Source of the DNA: Gekko japonicus
Lineage: Eukaryota
Reading direction: 5' to 3'
Assembly: GCF_001447785.1 (NCBI RefSeq)
Contig: NW_015173676.1
Location: 1,227,483-1,291,482 of the forward strand
Length of the DNA stretch: 64,000 nucleotides
Positions 24,701 to 35,600 of this stretch are shown here, one piece after another. The number at the start of each line of letters is the position of its first letter. Positions within the stretch are counted from its first letter, which is position 1. Position numbers and translations under genes: made by a program. Under the pieces are notes generated by a model. That model was given only the letters and a program-made list of their open reading frames with translations. It was not told the DNA's origin and ran no database searches.

Positions 24701-26905
24701 AACATAAATTGTTTTACAGAATATTTGTATTTTTATTTATTACACTGGTACTCTGGCATGACAATCAGAAAAGCAGGCCCACTAAGACTGCCTCAGTGGA
24801 ATGCCTGGAGGAATAATCCTGCAGAGCACAAGACTCTTCAGGCAGAGATTTCCACCAAGTTGGGGCCATGATCAAAAAGGCCCTTGTTCTGGTCATAAGA
24901 ACATAAGAGAAGCCATGTTGAATCAGGCAAATGGCCCACTCTGTGTCACACAGTGGCCAAAACCTTGATGGCACCTGGGTTTTTTCCACTGTGTGACTCG
25001 TGTTGGACTGGACGGGCCATTGGCCTGATCCAACATGGTTTCTCTTATGTTCTTATGACCAGAACAAGGGCTTTTTTCAATTGTGGCCCCAACCTGGTGG
25101 AATGCTCTGTCTTGAAGTTTAAGTTAAATGAATTATCTGAGTTGGGGGTAGTTGTGGAAACTACAGCTGCTGACATGCAATAACTAAATTCCAAAGTATA
25201 TAGTGGAATATCCATTCAAGAGCACAACACAGAGAGAGCCCAATGGAACACTTGTGCCTGTGATCAATGCAGAGCTGCTCCAGCCATTTGGCTGTCTGAG
25301 GTACTGTTCTCCTGTGCCACCCCAGTGAGGCTCAGGGCAGTACAAATAGTTGTGGGGGTGGGGTGGGAGTCTCTTCTGCCCCTGCAGCCTCCTTTGACCT
25401 GACTAGCAGAGGTACGGGTTTGGGATGTGCCAGTGGGTGCAGACCACAGCCACCACATCTTTTCATCTTGCCACCTTCTGTTGCTTCAACACCTCAAGCA
25501 GGCATTTGGGTAGTGAGCTGGCCCTGGATCAATGAAGTTGGTCCTGAAAGCCTGTAGGCTAACCGGGGTGGGGGTTTAATATCTGGTTTTGTGGGTGGTA
25601 TCAGAATAAAATCCTGCACTTTACTGATCCCTGAGTTGTAACCTCTCTTTGCACAGGATCTCACTTAATGGCATGAAAGTGTCACGTCCTGATGCCCGTA
25701 TTGGTCGCTATCGCATGATCAAGCATGAGCGTGACCGGCACAATGAGCCTAATCCCCAGCGGTGAGTGAGAGCATCTGTGCTCTGTGTAGCCCTTTGTAA
25801 GCCACATGATGAGCTCCTTCAAAGTTTCTGCATAGTCTTCCATTTCTTGTCCCACCTACAAGCCCACTCTCAGTGGGAGAGAAACTTCCTGTAGTAGTAT
25901 CCCCCATACGGCACAGCTAAGGGACAGGAGCCATACAGTTATGTGTACTCCCATAGGACACCCATGAGGTCAATTTCAGCAGCTTCCCTGCCACAGGAGT
26001 TCCGTATTGCTGTGCCATAATGCTGCCATTTTCACTTTGTTTCCCAACTGGCTCTCTGTGGCTTACTCTCAAGAGCAACAGATGTGGATCAGCTAGATGC
26101 AGGTCCAGTAGCATCTTGAGAGACCAACAAAATTTTCAGGATATAAGATTTTGAGAGTCAACGGCCCCTTTGTCAGAGGTAGATCAGAATCTTAGTGTAA
26201 TAGCCATGGTTTTGCACCGTATTTGGCAACCTATGCTGTTCTGGTGCTAGCCAGGGAGCCAGAGACCTCTTGACAAGGCATGTGTGGGTGCGCTGCTGGT
26301 TATACTGTTATCCCACCTTAGTGGTACCTCCGGTGACTGCAGAGCTGCCACAGCCTAACTGAAGTGGGGCAATGTCCTAACTTCCTGTTTGCCTTGGTGT
26401 TCTAAATGCAGTCACTGTTCACGACACTCCCATTGTGCCATGTCTGCCAGCCCACATGTTCTTCAACAGCATTCTTGCTTTTATCTCTTTCCTACACATC
26501 TACCTGTGATTCTCACTATGTGTTCAAAAGAAACAATTTCATCTCAGCGTTACCATGCATGTAAATGAGATAAGGATTGTGAAGTGTTTTCTAGGCTGGG
26601 AAAGTTGTATAAAAATTTTTAATAATATGGCAGACTCTCATGCAGTGTGTGCACTCTGACTGGAAATTCCTAACAGTCCTTCCAGATGACTTGAACAACC
26701 TCTGGATCTTCCATTTTGTGTATTGTAAAACATTCTTTTGGGTTGCCCTGGCAGGTTCACCAAGATCCAGAATACCAAGGTGACCATGAAACGTGATGGC
26801 ATTGGCTCGCTGCAGTACCGCCTGGTGGAGGTGTCTAGCTATCCCATGTACACCAATGTAACTGTGGAGATTGGACGTCCACCACCACGCCCCCCTCGGG
26901 GTTGA
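15207..26905 (+). CDS. B4GALT2: beta-1,4-galactosyltransferase 2 (371 aa, 6 coding exons)
   Basis: Coding exons 15207-15516, 18615-18850, 22599-22789, 24368-24490, 25657-25761, 26755-26905. All introns are GT-AG and in phase (1116 nt). N-terminus MSRLLVGVTLERICKAVLLLCLLHFL (type II TM), IPFRHR, DVD metal motif, WGWGGEDDD and C-terminus GRPPPRPPRG match the B4GALT2 sequence I recall. Acceptor of the first coding exon is at 15137-15138. Confidence 0.97.
16140..16581 (+). mobile_element. Squam2-like SINE interrupted by an L2-type 3' fragment (about 16201-16432)
   Basis: SINE head ggctgtggctcactggcagagcatctgcttggcatgcagaagg...ttcaatccct resumes as atctccagttaaaaggatcagg after an insert. The insert ends in gtaagccgccctgagcc...(TAAA)n, like the L2 tail at 37690-37745. 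Confidence 0.7.
16674..16910 (-). mobile_element. CR1 LINE 3' end fragment
   Basis: atcatagaatcatagagttggaaaggacctccagggtcatctagtcccaaccc is the reverse complement of a typical CR1 (ATTCTATG)n terminus. Confidence 0.7.
18160..18590 (-). mobile_element. CR1 LINE fragments
   Basis: ORF remnant KLKGKVERIKTIGEAWRLFKTTILEAQKKYIPQVRKG is CR1 ORF2-like. The adjacent 18190-18320 segment resembles the CR1 RT C-terminal/3' region. Confidence 0.6.
20372..21760 (-). mobile_element. non-autonomous Helitron nested in the hAT element
   Basis: On the minus strand: A|TCTATATC... 5' end at 21760, subterminal hairpin ATACC-atagcgaagcaca-GGTAT, then CTAG|T 3' end at 20372. Insertion is between A and T and no TSD was seen. 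Confidence 0.65.
21030..21445. repeat. degenerate tandem repeat, about 3 units of 133-143 bp
   Basis: CACCTGACAGACA recurs at 21094, 21227 and 21370 with similar flanks. Confidence 0.7.
23865..24070 (-). mobile_element. Helitron 5'-end fragment
   Basis: Minus strand starts A|TCTATAATAATAAAAG followed by a ctgtctgtc-type microsatellite, typical of non-autonomous Helitron 5' ends. Confidence 0.5.
24843..25109. repeat. long fold-back inverted repeat built from LINE fragments
   Basis: 24843-24937 is the reverse complement of about 25014-25109 with few mismatches, and partial pairing continues towards the centre. The peptide IQHGFSYVLMTRTRAF appears on both strands of the ORF track. Confidence 0.9.
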
Positions 26906-28304
26906 CTCTTTGCTGCCTGGCCCTACCCATGGCCCCATGCATGAGGAGCTGTGTGGATCCCAGCCCTGACTGGTTCAGAGGACTGTGTCCTGGCTAGTAG
27001 GACCTGTCTGCCTCCTTTGTGGGGATGGGGAAAGGCCCACATGACATCTTTGCCTTGTCCCAGCCTTTGGCTGGTCCCCATCCTTCCTCTCACTAGTCAG
27101 TTCCCCACAGTGACCTTCAGCAGGTGGGGAATGAATGTGTTTTACGGTGCCTGGCTCAGTGTGGGGCTTTTGGGCTCTGTCAGGCCCCATTCATGCTTGG
27201 AAGGTGCCAAGAACAGGGGGAGCCTTGAGCAGGTCCTTGACCCTCCCTATGCCTCAGCCAGAGCTCATCCTTTCCCTGAACTCTTTGCAGGGCTGTCTCT
27301 CTTAGGGATTCCAGAAGTACCATGGTCGTCGTCTTCTTCTTGTAGCCTGCAAGACTACTGCCTTTTGAGTGTTCCTTCCATGGCATTGGTCTTATCTGAT
27401 TCTGACTGCTGGCTCACAAGGTAGAAAGGTGGTTCATGTGCCCAGTTGGGGAGAGCTCCATTGAAGTCGAAGCTCTAATGGGCCTGGCCACTGCCCACCC
27501 TCATTCATGGCTTGGTGCTGTCCCCTGCTGGGCCCTGGATGTCTCTTCTGGCTCCAGTAACACAGGGGTGTTTTATATAAAACCCTCATTAGAATTTTTG
27601 AGTGCTTCCTGGGTTAGTGTGGCATGTAGCCAGTCAGCTGGCAATAGGGCAATGGGCACTTCTTCCTCGCAGCAGTTGCTTCTCTGCCCGTGAAAGAGGC
27701 AGGTTGGTTGGGTAGTGATGATGCACCTCGCAGTAAGGGTGGATCCAGAATGGTATGGTTTGCCCTACTCCAGCATGGGCTTGTTGTTCATTTTCACAGG
27801 CACTAAAGGACCACTGGCCATTCATTGCTACAATGCAGAAGGAAGACCAAGCTGGCTTCTGCTAGTTTTCCCTGATCCACTGCCCTATTCCAGCCACTTT
27901 CCCACTCACTAAGCAACCCCTACCCTCTCTACACCATCTGCGAGGCAGTTCTGCCCTCTACCACTCATAGTGCCCTCCTTCTCAAACCCACCATCCACTA
28001 CTGCAGGCCAGGCCCTTGGATCTGGCTGTCAGCTCATGACACACAGTGGCTCTCTCTCTCTCTCTCTGCCTAGTACACGAAGCTAGGAAGCTGCTGGTGT
28101 CCCTTGATACTGGTTACGGTGCCTGGCAGGTAGAATCTCCTGCGTCTGCCCATTTTGGGGTGGCAGCTGGGTGAGGCTCAAAGCCTGGTATTGGCACATT
28201 GCACAGCCTGGGTGTTGGTGACTTTTGTATATTTGAATGTTTTGATCCCTTTTCAAGCCTCTGGTGAATGCAGCACTGGTCACTATGACCAGACTTTTGT
28301 ATTC

Positions 28305-28310
28305 AATAAA
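28305..28310 (+). terminator. probable B4GALT2 polyadenylation signal AATAAA
   Basis: Canonical hexamer 1.4 kb after the stop, just before repeat-derived sequence begins. Confidence 0.65.
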
Positions 28311-28380
28311 ATTTCAAAACTTGGAGACTCCTTGTGTAAAGAATGTGGGTGGGGACCGTACTGGAGGGGAGGGGAAGGTT

Positions 28381-28582
28381 GGGGATGTTGCTCAGTTGGT
28401 GAAGCATCTGCTTCACATCAGAAGGTCCCCAGTTCAATCTCTGGCATCTCTAGTTAAAATGATCAAATAACATGATGTGAAAGATCTTGACTAGGAACCT
28501 TGGAGAGTCACTTCCCATCCGTGTATACAATACTGATGTAGCTGGACCAGTTATTTGACTCAGTAGAAGGCTGTTTCATATG
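28381..28582 (+). mobile_element. Squam2-like SINE
   Basis: ggggatgttgctcagttggtgaagcatctgctt...aaggtccccagttcaatctctggcatctctagttaaaa...ggctgtttcatatg. Confidence 0.7.
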
Positions 28583-28596
28583 TTAGATAACTGTTC

Positions 28597-28995
28597 ATAA
28601 GACATAAGAAAAGCCCTGCTGCATCAGACCACTGGTCCAGTGTCCTGTCACACAGTAGCCAACCAGTTATTATCTCTGTCCAACCTCTATGCAGTGCATA
28701 ATTTATAAATGCGATCGTGTCCCTCCCCAATTAGTTGTTTCTTTTCTAAACTGAAAAGTCCCAGACTCTTCAGCTTTTCCTCATAGGGAAGGTGCTACAA
28801 CCCTTTAATCTTGTTTGCCCTTTTCTGTGTTTTTCCCAGCTCTGCAGTGTCCTTTTTAAGATACAGCAACCAGAACTGCACACAGTATTCCAAATGATGC
28901 CAGTATTCCAAATGATACAAGGGCATTATAATGTTTCCTGTTTTATCTTCAACATTTTCCTTAACCATCCCCAGCACAGAGTTTGCGTTTTTCAA
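28597..28995 (-). mobile_element. CR1 LINE 3' fragment
   Basis: cataagacataagaaaagccctgctg terminus and RT C-terminal remnant HLEYCVQFWLLYLKKDTAELGKTQKRANKI. Confidence 0.75.
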
Positions 28996-29157
28996 CCTGG
29001 TAAAGTCTAAATTACAGAGTTAAAGGTGAGACTGTCTCACCAACTGTGGCATATTACGCATCCCTCTTTTTGACCCAAAACAGGCTCGAGATGGTCTAGC
29101 CTAAATAACTGGGGATATAGCTGTGTAGCCCAGTTGAGACCAGTTGTACTAGGATCC

Positions 29158-29163
29158 TTTATT
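29158..29163 (-). terminator. probable polyadenylation signal of the VWC-domain gene
   Basis: AATAAA on the minus strand about 360 nt after the stop codon at 29520. Confidence 0.55.
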
Positions 29164-29519
29164 GCTTTTTCCACAGTTACATAGGACAAGATGTTTTATA
29201 GGACAATGTTGTATCTCAACACAGCTGCAGTGAAACAAATGGGTAAGAAGTCTGTCTGAGTACTGAGTAATGGTGATGCCTTAAATAAAGGGAAACATTC
29301 AAGGGGCTTACCAGCATAGTCTGTGAAGTAGTCCCATGTATAGTAGTTCATTCTACTCATGGGAGAAAGGCAGCGGGGCTAGGTGTGATGCCTGCTTGTG
29401 CAGGTAGAAGGTTTTGGCTGGACTGAGGGGTTGGTGAACAGGGACTGTTTGTATGGGCAGGGATTTTAGAAATGTATTGCTTTGGTGGGTTGGCTGAGGA
29501 ATTGCTGGGTGTTGCAAGC

Positions 29520-32500
29520 TCAAGCATGGTGTCCAGCTGTAGCCTGGCAGCCTGGTAATAGCTCACATTTGGCTACACGATTTCCTTCCCAGTACCCAGC
29601 ATCTTGGCCATCGTGACACCGGCAATGCATACAGTGCCCCACCCAGACGCTTTCCCCAGAAGGGATGATTTGACGCTGGCTGCCATCAACATAACAGTTG
29701 GGCCCTGTAGAGAAATGACAGCATGTGTTAGAATCTGTCAATATTTACCTTTCAAAAGCCTCTCTGTAAAGCCTAGAAACACAGAGATTCTCCTGAGGGC
29801 CACACAAAGTGTGTCTTATCTAGTATCTACTACCCCAGGTTCTTAATATGAAGAAAAAGTCTCAAGTCTTCTTGGAAAGCTTCTTCCCTTACAGCAGGAC
29901 GGGGGGGGGGGAGATATCTGCTGATGTCAAAGGTGAGTACTACAAACTATGTCAGTCTCTTCGTGAACTCTTAAGCAGATGTTCCCTCTGTTTTATAAGT
30001 TGCCCAGCCTTGCTTGCCCCTTGCCCCTTGCCCCCTCTCTTCAGACAGGAACCCTTAACCGATCATGGACAAGGAGTCAGGACTACCACCCCACATGAAA
30101 GTTATACATCTGGCATAGTTCCGTAGGCAATTCTCTCACCGTCCTTGCAGGTGGGGCAGCAGTGGCCCTTCTCGTAGACAGGATTGACACATGGTGGAGG
30201 AGCACAGTCGGCCACTAGGCAGCGAGCTATGCCATCTATATCACAGGTACACTGTTCACATTCTGATGGCTGTAGGAGAGAAAGGCTGGTCAGGGTGAAC
30301 ATCTGTCCATAGTTTTAGTGTGAGCTAACTGTTGAAAGTGCACTTGCCATGGTTAGACGTGCTTCTTCCTTCCCTCAATGAAAGAAACTACTTGTGACCC
30401 AGTCCAGAAACCATCTTCCCTACTATCTCGGCAGATGTTCATGTGGAAAATAAAATGGGTGGAAAGCATGTGTGAAATGAAATGCTGAACAAATATCCAT
30501 GTAAGGTGCTTGAGGTGGGAGGAAAAAGCAGCCCACTTGAAGCATGTGGAGAGGGAGGAGAAGGGAAAGTCCCAGGGCATGGACGGAAGACAGATAAGGC
30601 AGCAACCTTACTGAAGCTACACGCCTGGCCAGGGCCTGAATGGTAGAACTGCTGGCAACCCCATGTCCACTATCTTGCACGTTCCATGAAGGAAAGAGGC
30701 ATTAACTAAAAATGAGTCATAGTAGTTCTGCTTTTGTTTTGGAAGGCTCTATATATATTGCTCAAAGAGCAAAAGTAGAGGAAAGCAGAGTTCGTCCTGC
30801 AGCTGAAAAATATGTGCACATTACATTCCTAGTTCTAGGTTCATATGTACATCCCTTTCACAGAGGAAGACAGGTTTCAATCCCACCTCTACAACACAGA
30901 ATGGTGTCACTGGGAGTATTGCAGGTAACAAGTTATTCCCAGGACACCCTTATCCTACTCACTGCAGTTCTTGTACAGTCTGTTGTGCAGTATTTGTATG
31001 TATGCAGATCTACACGAGGGCTGATTTATATATTGCAAGAGAGTGATTCTGTAATTCCACATTGTGCCAGCCTGGCCATGTCAGTTTTCTATATCACTGA
31101 AAGGGAGACAGGTGTACAGACTTGTAGTAAACACACGCTTGAGAGATGTGATTGCTGCATGTCTTCATATATGTGCCTTTGCTTCAAATAACTAGCAAAA
31201 AAGTGGGCAGATGTGTGGATCTGAAATCTCTATCTTTTTGTGAAATGTGTAAAATGTAGTTCAAGCTGATTGGTGCAGTTCAGGGATTTCACCAGTAAGT
31301 GGCAGTATCACCCTAAACGAATGATTCTATGTTGGAACCTCTCTTGAAATGAAGAGGTTCTGTCCTGCTCTTTTGCCAACTCTTCCTATCTAGTAGTTAG
31401 CCTACACGCTCAGATATCCTTGCACCTGGAAATGGGAAATTTACAGGTTATACTAAGATAAACCAATGAGCTTAAATGGTGCTGCCAGTAGGTGTGCACA
31501 TGGGTGGGGGACTGCCTTAAGTAGCAGTGAAACCATTAGGATCCCAATATGCTAAATAACAATAGGCCCAAGAATATGGGGATTAAGCCCTCCCACCAGC
31601 ACTGCCAGATCAAACTCTGTTTAAAATACCATGCAGAGGATACTAGCATCTTCCTTCTGTCCCCTCATTTCTCATTCAACCCCTTACTGGCATTCTACTA
31701 CTGACCACAGAACCACAACAGGGAATTGCAGAGCAGCCACAAGTGCCATTACTTTGCTCCCTCTAGAAAGTAAATGTCTTGTATGCCAGTCTTTGTGTCC
31801 CTTTCCTGCCCATCCAGTTCTGGAGCATGTTCACCTTTCCCATTCCCCACCCAAGGGGGAGGCCTCTAGATCCCACCTGCCTGTGTGAAATTCCCTCTCC
31901 ACTCATAGATCTAGGGTAATGAGAGAATCTTGAATTTCAGTATGTACAGCAAAATGTTTTTTTAAATCTCCCATTTTTCTTGATCAATCCAAATTGACTT
32001 TTGTAGTACTAAACATTAATCAGTTCAACAAAGCTTGAGTCCAGTGGCACCTTTAAGACCAACGAAGTTTTATTCAAGGTATGAGCTTTTGTGTGCACGC
32101 ACACTTCCTCAGATACAATGAAATGGAATTCACCAGTCCATACATATAAGGCAAAGGTTGAACAGCAAATTAGCGGACAACACTTACAACATACTTTGAA
32201 TAAAACTTTGTTGATCTTAAAGGTGCTGCTGGACTCAAACTTTTTTCTACTGCTTCAGACCAACTTAACTACCCACCTGGATCTAATCAGTTTTGTTAAT
32301 GACATTTCTTAAGATAATTTGTTTTTTCTAAACCCACCTTAATCCTGCTATTAGCTCTTAGGCAACTGCAAGGTATCCTGATTTCCTGAGCTGCTGCCAT
32401 GTGGCCCCCAAGAGCAGCTAAATCTGTGTAGGTAGGACAACAGAATTTTTAAAAGGATACCATTAAGGTCCTAACTTTTATCTCTGCCTTCCACAAGAAT

Positions 32501-34767
32501 CTTGAGTGTGGCCAAGACTGGTAGATGGAAGAAGCTAAAGACAGATCACAAGGGACAGTCAATAAATTTAGTCTATTTGATAAAACAGGGAATTCACCTA
32601 GGGAGGTGATCTGCCCAATCTGGTCAGCTACATGGACTTGCTCTTTCTGTAGCTATGCACACATTTTTGCATAGCTGCATTCACCCACACATATTTGCAA
32701 GCACTCAATTAACATAATTCCTATTTGCAGTTTTGTTTGCAGAACACTATGACATTTATACTTTTAAATTCCATAAATATGCCAGTTTATACGATATTAT
32801 ATGCTAACTAAGTTATAAGGGATGTACTTTAAATTGTTAAATCAGCAAAATAGGTTTAGACTTGATAGGAATGCAAGCACTGCAAATATTTCAGTTTTTC
32901 TGAAAACTTCAGTGGGGGAGGTTCCAAAAAAATGGGGAGCAGAACTGGGTTCTTTCCATGACTTAATTTTTGGAAATTTCACATCTCTACAGGAATAGAG
33001 ATATACAGGAATAGAGATATTTTATATATATATATATATAAAAAATATGTTTCTTACTTTTTCAAATAACATAAACAATTAAAAAACCTTGAGACTGCGA
33101 CAAGTCAAACAAATTATAAATACAAGTAGGATAACCCAACAATATTCCAAAACCCAGCCACGATAAATAATAAATCTGTATAACAGTATACATTCTGGAG
33201 CAGTTTAGGCTAAAATTCTACCAACATACCTTAAACTTTAGAAAATAGCAAGTTGCTTATATAAAAGATTTGTGGGGATTACCTCATATCCAACCAAATA
33301 ATACAAGGCCAGATACCAGATAGCAACGAATTTAGAATAAGATTGTTGACCTTCCAGGGGTGATAAAGAATGTAACAATTTTGCCATTATAAATTGGTCC
33401 CAAATCTTATCATGCCACTGTGAAATAGTGGGAGGGACTTGGTCTTTCCATTTAGTTGAAATTACTAGTGATGCTGCAGTTAACAAAATAGCAATTAATT
33501 CTCTAGTTGTCTCCCTTGTAAATAATTGTGGGCAGTAATGTAGTAGCATTGCTTCAGGACTAAGAGGAATCTCGATTGTAGTAATCATTTTAATTCGAGT
33601 ACGGATTTCTTGCCAAAATTTTTGAATATGCAAACATTCCCACCAACAGTGCTTATAGGAACCAACTTGACCACATTGTTTCCAACAGGTAGGAGGACTA
33701 GCAGGATAAATTTGAGACAACCGCTTAGGAGTAAGATACCAATAAGAAAGAACCTTTAAAAACTGATATTTTATATTATATATTTTAGAAACATTACTAA
33801 AAGAGGACCATACTGTCTTCCAAGCCAAGTCCGTTGTAGGAAAGCGGAAATTATATATCTTGATCGTCACCCTCTTCGGCAGAACCTGTCTCCCATTAGC
33901 TAGTGGAGGTTCACTGTCAAGTGCTTCCCCACCCTGCTGTGCCCAGTAATGCCAAAGATTGTTTGAGCTGACTCAGATTTTAAAATACCCTGTCTGCAAT
34001 TTTAGCAGTGATAGATAACAACAGCTTTAGGAAAAGGTGTTGTACTGACCAGCAGCAGGCCTAGAAAACAAAAGGGGGTGTTGCACTGGCATTTTTCATC
34101 AAGATTAAAGAGCAAGAAATGACTCTGTGTGTCTCCAAACTTGCTCCTTTGTTAGCATTACTTTAGTCCTAGTTATGAGGAGGCTGGTTTCCATAGTTAG
34201 AAACGCCTGTCTTGTGCACGTAATATAGTACAGTTCTAATCATACCCTCGAGCTATACTATTATTAATGAATGCTTGACAAACACGCTTGGGAAGCAAGT
34301 TTTACACACGCTACTAGTTTCCCCCATCACTCAATTTGACATTTTGGCCTTAATTGATCACTTGCAGACATTAATACCAGAGAAACGGTCACTTCTTCTC
34401 ACGTGTCTCAGTCCAGCCCCCTTGCCAGAAAGCCGTGCGGGCCCCTTACCTGGAAGTGCTGTCCCAACTCATAAACTTGGCCACGGTGTTCACAGCCGAC
34501 ACGTTCGCAGCGCGGGCAGCAGTCACTGGGGTAGTGGCTGACGTGGATGCAGGCAGGTGGCAGGGCGGTGCAGTCCGTGCGAGCGCAGGCTGGCCCTTCG
34601 GGGGTGCACTCGCACTGGGTGCAGTGGTCACTGTCCAGGAAATACCACTCGCCCACGTAGTACAGGCTCCCGTTGGCGTCACAGGTGCTCACGGGCCCCG
34701 CCAGGGCTGGGATGAGCCCCAGAGTCAGCATCAGTGCTAGACTCAGCTGTGCCCAGGGGAGACGCAT
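29520..34767 (-). CDS. secreted von Willebrand factor type C domain protein of the Brorin family (VWC2/VWC2L-related paralogue), 210 aa
   Basis: Exons 34767-34450, 30269-30140, 29704-29520 are GT-AG, phases 0 and 1, with a 633-nt open frame. Protein: signal peptide [23 protein letters not shown], two 10-Cys VWC repeats (CxxCxC...CCxxC) and a 6-Cys truncated third repeat. PSECEQCTC...[31 protein letters not shown] parallels VWC2/VWC2L. In-frame upstream ATGs at 34788 and 34842 have weaker Kozak contexts. Confidence 0.9.
32031..32285. mobile_element. Penelope-like inverted-terminus remnant
   Basis: About 60-bp inverted arms ttgagtccagtggcacctttaagaccaacgaagttttattcaaggtatg / catactttgaataaaactttgttgatcttaaaggtgctgctggactcaa. 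Family name from recall. Confidence 0.55.
33045..33870 (-). mobile_element. 5'-truncated L1 LINE (ORF2 C-terminus plus 3' UTR) in intron 1 of the VWC gene
   Basis: The 210-aa ORF 33870-33238 contains WYLTPKRLSQIYP...CWKQCGQVGSYKHCWWEC...FW, the C-terminal Cys/His (zf-RVT-type) region of non-mammalian L1 ORF2. Confidence 0.85.
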
Positions 34768-35600
34768 CGCTAGACTCAAGCGGGGCATAAACTGGCTAGG
34801 AGCCGTGGCTAATGCGAAGCAGGGGAACGAGGGAAAGGACATCCAGTCCCCCCACGGCCTAACCCACTTGCCGGAGCTCAGAGTCCCACCTGGAGGCTCT
34901 TGCAGAGGCTGCAGCCGATACCCGTAACCCTCCCTGGCCAGCCCTAACGTGCCTCGGCCTTTGTGCCGGCGCCTCCCGCCCCTTACTGAAATCCAAGCCC
35001 AGCCCGTCTAGGGCAGCGCATCCCCTCCCCTCCCCACCGAGACGGGCGGGAAGGACCCGGGCCGTGGGAGGGACCGGCCGAAGAGCCCCCTGCCCGAGCC
35101 TCCTGCGCTGTTCGACTGCACTCAGGCGGCTCCTTGCTCGCCTCCCAACTTCTCCATTCATCCCAATAGCAAGCACCGCGCCCCCCCAAGCCCCACCATG
35201 GCTCCTAAAGGCACGAGCAGGGAGAAGTTCATTAACGGCACCGAAGCCGAAGGCAGGCATCTGTTTGTCTCCGATGAAAGCAGGACAAGCACGGCGTTTC
35301 CTGAGGCAGCATGCGCGCGCACCCACACACGTTCCCCCAGAACTTTCCTGGGATCCCTTTCTCCACCCCGCTCTTAGGTCTTTGCGACGCGGTTGCTTTA
35401 AGAGGCAAAGATTCCGAGGAAAGGGGCGGGGCGTTTCCATGGAGGTGGCGGGTTTATGCTGGCGCGAGGGGGGGCAAAGTATGCGTGTGGCCCGGACTGG
35501 TGGAGGCCAGGCCGTCCTTGGGTCTGTAGAAGGAGTGCGGAGCGGCGCGTCCGACAAAGGGGCAAGACCGCGGGTAAAACTAGGTTAGTTAGGTGATGGG
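34430..35600. promoter_or_regulatory. CpG island; probable bidirectional promoter of the VWC gene (-) and CCDC24 (+)
   Basis: CpG-dense. GC box GGGGCGGGG at 35423-35431, NRF1-like GCATGCGCGC near 35309, partial X-box GTTTCCATGG at 35433. The divergent ATGs at 34767 and 35989 are 1.2 kb apart. Confidence 0.7.

Noticed and set aside
30712-31191. 159-aa plus-strand ORF inside the VWC gene intron
   Set aside because: No motif, splice support or compositional signal; treated as chance.
29520-34767. Naming the VWC gene VWC2 or VWC2L
   Set aside because: Genomic neighbourhood and N-terminal sequence match neither as I recall them, so the symbol is left blank pending phylogeny.
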